Assembly: GCA_963674945.2 (NCBI GenBank)
Contig: CAXXWQ010000003.1
Location: 1,760,001 to 1,824,000 of the forward strand
Source: an uncultured Desulfosarcina sp.
GTDB lineage: Bacteria; Desulfobacterota; Desulfobacteria; Desulfobacterales; Desulfosarcinaceae
Direction: 5' to 3'
DNA length: 64,000 nucleotides
The position numbers and the translations under genes were made by a program. The notes below the pieces were generated by a model. It worked only from the letters and a program-made list of their open reading frames with translations. It did not search any database and had not been told where the DNA came from. How positions within the stretch are numbered: position 1 is the first letter of the stretch; every line of letters starts with the position of its first letter. This document shows, piece by piece, positions 59,846 to 64,000 of this stretch.

Positions 59846-59858
59846 GGCAGACCCTCCC

Positions 59859-61001
59859 ATGACCATATCATCCAAGTTGCCCGATGTGGGCACCACCATC
59901 TTTACCATAATGTCCACACTTTCCGCTCAGCACGATGCCATCAACCTCTCCCAGGGCTTTCCCGATTTCGACACCCCCCGGGCCTTGATCGACCGTGTCG
60001 CCTTTCATATGCGAAAGGGACGCAATCAATATGCACCCATGCAGGGCGTTGGGGCACTCAGGGAAAAGATCTCCTCGAAGGTGGCGAATCTTTACCAGAA
60101 TCCGGTGGATCCGGACAGGGAAATCACCGTCACATCGGGCGCCACAGAAGCCCTCTATGCCGCCATCACGGCCGTCGTACGTCCCGGCGACGAAGTCATC
60201 GTTTTCGAACCGGCTTTTGATTCCTATGCACCGGCCATCCGCCTCAATGGCGGGCGTCCGGTTTATCTCTCCATGAAGTTTCCCGACTATTGCATTGACT
60301 GGGACGAGGTGGCGGACACCGTCTGCGAAAAGACGCGTCTGATCATCCTCAATTCGCCCCACAATCCCACGGGCACGGTACTGTCGGAATCGGACATGGC
60401 AGCCATACGACAGATCGTATCCGGTCGGGATCTGTTTATCATCTCAGACGAAGTGTATGAACATATCATCTTCGACGATCTCACCCACCAAAGTGTATTG
60501 CGGGACCCGGCGCTGTATGCGAAAAGCTTCGTCATCAGTTCATTCGGGAAGACCTACCACACCACGGGGTGGAAAATTGGATACTGCATCGCGCCACCGG
60601 ACCTCACCCGTGAATTTCAACGGGTGCATCAGTTTCTCACCTTCGCCTCCAACACCCCCATTCAGTGGGCATATGCCGACATCATGGATGATCCTGCACG
60701 CTACCTTGGGTTATCGACCTTTTATCAAGAAAAAAGGGACCGATTTACAGGTCTGCTCGAAGAATCCCGGTTCAAACCACTTGCCTGCCGCGGGACCTAC
60801 TTCCAGATGATGGATTATTCGGCCATCAGCGATATGGATGATGTCTCTTTTGCCAAAATGATGACGACGAGATATAAAGTGGCGGCAATCCCACCATCGG
60901 TTTTTTACCATGATGGACAAGACAACCGGGTATTGCGGTTCTGTTTCGCCAAAAGGAACGACACCCTGACAAAGGCGGCGAAGATCCTATGCAAGATCTG
61001 A
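59859..61001 (+). CDS. ybdL: PLP-dependent methionine/glutamine aminotransferase (YbdL-like)
   Basis: SKLPDVGTTIF, INLSQGFPDF, NSPHNPTG, SDEVYEH, SSFGKTYHTTGWKIGY, RFCFAK. Confidence 0.88.
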   Translation: MTISSKLPDVGTTIFTIMSTLSAQHDAINLSQGFPDFDTPRALIDRVAFHMRKGRNQYAPMQGVGALREKISSKVANLYQNPVDPDREITVTSGATEALYAAITAVVRPGDEVIVFEPAFDSYAPAIRLNGGRPVYLSMKFPDYCIDWDEVADTVCEKTRLIILNSPHNPTGTVLSESDMAAIRQIVSGRDLFIISDEVYEHIIFDDLTHQSVLRDPALYAKSFVISSFGKTYHTTGWKIGYCIAPPDLTREFQRVHQFLTFASNTPIQWAYADIMDDPARYLGLSTFYQEKRDRFTGLLEESRFKPLACRGTYFQMMDYSAISDMDDVSFAKMMTTRYKVAAIPPSVFYHDGQDNRVLRFCFAKRNDTLTKAAKILCKI

Positions 61002-61768
61002 AGATCGCACTGATACAGGCAGACCTTGCCTGGGAAGCCGATGATGCCAATTGTGATCGGTTCCGGGAAAAAATCGACCGTGTCCCTTCCGGAACCCATT
61101 TAATCGTTTTGCCCGAAATGTTTTCCACCGGTTTTTCCATGGATGCCCGTCGTCTGGCCCAACCCATGGATGGAACGACGGTATCGTGGATGAAGGCTTG
61201 TTCCCGCCAAACCCAAGCTGATGTGGTGGGAAGCGTGATCATTTGCGATGAAGATCGCTACTACAACCGACTGATCTGGGCAAAACCCGATGATACGCTG
61301 CATGTCTACGACAAAAAGCATCTTTTTCGCTATGCGGGAGAAGATGCCGTCTACTCACCGGGAATACGGCATTTACAGGTGAAATGCAACGGATGGCGCA
61401 TTCGTCCCTTTATCTGTTACGATTTACGATTTCCCGTCTGGACGAGAAATATGGGTAACGTCTACGATGCTGCGATCTTTATTGCGAATTGGCCGCAGCG
61501 GCGCGCCGAACATTGGCGGACCTTGTTGCGGGCGAGGGCCATAGAGAATCAATGCTACGTGGCCGGCGTGAATCGGGTGGGCGTGGACGGAAACGGGTAT
61601 CGGTATTGCGGGGACACATCGATTGTCGATCCCATGGGACAGGTAATAAAGAGCGTGAGGGACGAGGAAGCAATCATCAACGGCACGTTTCGCGCGACCA
61701 CACTCAATGAATACCGAAGTAAATTTCCAGCCTTAATGGACGCCGATGAAGGGATGATTTCCATGTAG
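60989..61768 (+). CDS. yafV: Omega-amidase (nitrilase family, YafV-like)
   Basis: LPEMF, YDKKHLF, ICYDLRFP, RARAIENQ; overlaps the aminotransferase. Confidence 0.85.
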   Translation: MQDLKIALIQADLAWEADDANCDRFREKIDRVPSGTHLIVLPEMFSTGFSMDARRLAQPMDGTTVSWMKACSRQTQADVVGSVIICDEDRYYNRLIWAKPDDTLHVYDKKHLFRYAGEDAVYSPGIRHLQVKCNGWRIRPFICYDLRFPVWTRNMGNVYDAAIFIANWPQRRAEHWRTLLRARAIENQCYVAGVNRVGVDGNGYRYCGDTSIVDPMGQVIKSVRDEEAIINGTFRATTLNEYRSKFPALMDADEGMISM

Positions 61769-61830
61769 TCGGCAACAGCAAGGCAATGAACCCTGCTGGC
61801 AGAATTGCCAGCGGCCTCATCCGATCTGCG

Positions 61831-62370
61831 TTACCGCAACAGATACTGGCCGAGTTTCCCGTACCGGTCGGTGGAAGTGAACTCCAGTCCCACCATGTTC
61901 GATTCGATTCGCCGAACGACACCCTCTTCCCGCACCTTGGAGCGATCCGTGTCATCCAGGGATAATTCTATGGTTAAAAGGTCACCGACTTCAAAATGGG
62001 GGGGGGAATTCACCGAGAAACAGACACCCGACTGGGAGACGTTCCGCACCGTGATAATCCCTTTCAGCGGGGATTGGTCGTTCCCGCGATGTTGGATGTA
62101 CATCCCGATCAGATTTACATCTTTCCGAAAATATTGGCGTCTTTCCACCAAAACGCGGTAACTATGTCCACACGAACATTTGCATCGGATGCGCACAGCA
62201 GACGTGGACCGTGCAATTTCACTCAGATCTTTGATGACGCCCTTTTTGCAGGCAGGACAAATAAAACTCCCTTTGCCCTGATTGTTGAGAAAGACCCGCA
62301 TTACTTTATCATCGGATGCCGGTATCTCCCCGTGATCGGATGGAAGATGATCTTTTTTCGTTTTCGCCAT
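61831..62370 (-). CDS. PilZ-domain protein with N-terminal Cys-rich Zn ribbon
   Basis: CPAC...CKCSCG; RRQYFR (RxxxR); NVSQSG (NxSxxG). The longer track ORF runs through a repeat, so the start is placed at 62370. Confidence 0.85.
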   Translation of the reverse strand: MAKTKKDHLPSDHGEIPASDDKVMRVFLNNQGKGSFICPACKKGVIKDLSEIARSTSAVRIRCKCSCGHSYRVLVERRQYFRKDVNLIGMYIQHRGNDQSPLKGIITVRNVSQSGVCFSVNSPPHFEVGDLLTIELSLDDTDRSKVREEGVVRRIESNMVGLEFTSTDRYGKLGQYLLR

Positions 62371-62407
62371 GGTACAATGCCTTATCGTTTCACCAATTTC
62401 ACCAATT

Positions 62408-62559
62408 GATGAAATCGTGAAAAGTCGAACTTTGGACGGCTTTGTAAAGAGTTCGAGATCAAGGCTTGCGAATCCCGAGGAATGAGGCGTATGTACGAGT
62501 ACGTCGCGGCAACGAGGGATGAAGCGTAACGCAGATATCGGACTTTTTACAAAGCCGTC
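62408..62559. repeat. MITE-like element, family B termini, with doubled left end and 7 bp flanking direct repeat
   Basis: GATGAAATCGTGAAAAGTC (62408) and GACGGCTTTGTAAAGAGT (62435) versus ACTTTTTACAAAGCCGTC (ends 62559); ACCAATT on both sides. Confidence 0.8.
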
Positions 62560-62605
62560 ACCAATTGGTTCTACAAAGGAATTATCGCCATGTAATAATA
62601 GTACT

Positions 62606-63334
62606 TTAGAAAAAATCAGATTCATACCCCGCATCCGGCGGCAATGAACCTTTGGAGGCGGCACGGGTCGCCAGTTGGTCGCATCTTTCGTTTCCGTGGT
62701 TGCCCGCATGCCCCTTCACCCAGACAAAGGCAACGTCGTGCAAGTCACACAACCGTAGAAGACGTTCCCATAAATCGATGTTCAGGGCCTTCTCCCCATT
62801 GCTTTTTTTCCAACCACGGCGCCGCCAATTCCTCGCCCATCCTTTGGTGATGCCATCGACGACATACCGTGAATCGCTGTAAAGGGAAACACGCGAAGGT
62901 GACGAAAGGTACTCCAAACCGACGATGCAGGCCAATAGCTCCATGCGATTGTTTGTCGTTTTTCGAAATCCGCCGGACAATTCAACGGGACCGGCGGGTC
63001 TGGCAATCACCACGCCGTAGCCACCGGGCCCCGGGTTTCCCAGACTGGAGCCGTCGGTGTAGATGATCTCCCGATTCGCAAAAGGCCTTATGGACTCGTC
63101 GTCTGGTTTGGTCTTGGATCTTCCACCCGCCGATGGAGACGACCCTTGCGGTTTTGTTTGTTCCTTCCCATTACCCCGAACAAAGGTTTCGGCTTCCTTT
63201 CGCGTGGCAAATCCCTTGTACCGCGCACCCGGATATCCTTTTACCTGGACGTGGGCGCCTGCCTCGCCGAACCACTGGGTGTAGACCCCCGGCCGTCGGC
63301 CAACGGCAACACCGTAATATTTCTTACTGGCCAT
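62606..63334 (-). CDS. rnhA: Ribonuclease HI with N-terminal hybrid-binding (viroplasmin-like) domain
   Basis: [15 protein letters not shown]...YKGF; IYTDGS, TNNRMEL, SDSRY, WVKGHAG..GNERCD. Confidence 0.95.
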   Translation of the reverse strand: MASKKYYGVAVGRRPGVYTQWFGEAGAHVQVKGYPGARYKGFATRKEAETFVRGNGKEQTKPQGSSPSAGGRSKTKPDDESIRPFANREIIYTDGSSLGNPGPGGYGVVIARPAGPVELSGGFRKTTNNRMELLACIVGLEYLSSPSRVSLYSDSRYVVDGITKGWARNWRRRGWKKSNGEKALNIDLWERLLRLCDLHDVAFVWVKGHAGNHGNERCDQLATRAASKGSLPPDAGYESDFF

Positions 63335-63503
63335 AATGCGCGTACCCCTTTCGGATCGTGGCCATCTTACCGGAAATCACCGACCACCCGCAAGTCGTGT
63401 GATTTCGGAATGTTATCCATCGGCCGCATATCCCGAAAGCACATCAGTGGCGTATCGACCGGGTTATCGCCGGGTGCAAAGCACCCGGTCTGGATACAAG
63501 GAA

Positions 63504-64000
63504 TCAATGGGGAACGCGGATGTCTTTAAAGGGTATATCTTCAGAACGCCAACTGTAGGTGCGGATAATGGAACGGGTGCCCACCGACGGAAGTAGATTC
63601 AGACGAGAGATGAGGGTGTTGGCCGGTAACGCTGCGTTGAATATCAGTTCCACGACTACAGTATCTCCAGGGTTCACAGGCACACCGCGATAGGCGTCGG
63701 CGGAAGCGGTTTTTTTCCTTCCCTGCCAGAAGTTGACACGGTAGACCTCACTGGTGGCAATGGCCGAACCGCTGATGGTTGACTTCCCATAGCCGCTCGT
63801 CTGATCAAAAAAAGCCAGATATTTCACATGTTGCGCCCGGTTGGTGGCCTTGACGAGAAAGGTGAGCGTTTTCGCACTCGTCACCACCTTGTCCAGTTCG
63901 AAGTGAAAGTCCAATGCACTGCCGGTCATCACAGGCTTGTCCGTGGTGGAGGGGGCACTCTTTTGCTGTACGGCGGCGATGGTCGCAGACGGTGTTTTCA
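63504..64000 (-). CDS. 3' part of a hypothetical protein (partial)
   Basis: The frame stays open to the window edge (KTPSATIAAVQQKSAPSTTDKPVMTGS...); linker followed by a beta-rich domain. Confidence 0.6.
   Translation of the reverse strand, partial: KTPSATIAAVQQKSAPSTTDKPVMTGSALDFHFELDKVVTSAKTLTFLVKATNRAQHVKYLAFFDQTSGYGKSTISGSAIATSEVYRVNFWQGRKKTASADAYRGVPVNPGDTVVVELIFNAALPANTLISRLNLLPSVGTRSIIRTYSWRSEDIPFKDIRVPH

Noticed and set aside
9999..62559. Palindromic repeats as a CRISPR array or integron attC sites
   Set aside because: They are dispersed, not regularly spaced, lack RYYYAAC/GTTRRRY ends, and there is no cas or integrase gene.
62371..62709. N-terminal extension of the PilZ protein
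   Set aside because: It translates through a MITE and the end of rnhA.
62606..63334. Viral origin of the viroplasmin-like domain
   Set aside because: It is the well-known hybrid-binding domain of many bacterial RNases HI.
1..64000. Selenocysteine read-through or programmed frameshifts
   Set aside because: The recognised genes appear full length, and I saw no in-frame TGA at a catalytic Cys position; not exhaustively tested.

Overview
A 64 kb chromosomal segment. The gene content and order (rpsF-rpsR-DUF2232-rplI-dnaB-hflX, lysS-lolCE-lolD-bamA-skp-lpxD-fabZ-lpxA-lpxI-oxidoreductase-lpxB, many PAS and hybrid kinases, a Zn-ribbon PilZ protein) point to a sulfate-reducing deltaproteobacterium (Desulfobacterales-like; inference, not a database result). 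Most of it is housekeeping and signalling. I see no rRNA, tRNA, CRISPR array or prophage. Five things stand out. (1) A five-gene operon, TonB-dependent receptor > YfiR-like periplasmic protein > membrane His kinase > single REC protein > REC-PAS hybrid kinase, that looks like an uncharacterised trans-envelope phosphorelay. (2) A sigma54 promoter plus a c-di-GMP-I riboswitch, with a visible SD-sequestering platform, in front of an FN3/Ca-repeat surface protein. This sits where pilR-pilA would normally follow pilC-pilS. (3) Several short, fully palindromic MITE-like elements. Two families with different termini share the same inner core, one copy carries a nested hairpin, and two element ends supply gene stop codons. 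(4) Two apparently identical 1711 bp IS copies (CAG ends, 9 bp TSDs) in inverted orientation around the 21.5 kb lysS-LPS-pil block. (5) A gnnA-like gene without gnnB in the lipid A operon. Product calls come from recognised motifs and gene context; no searches were run.
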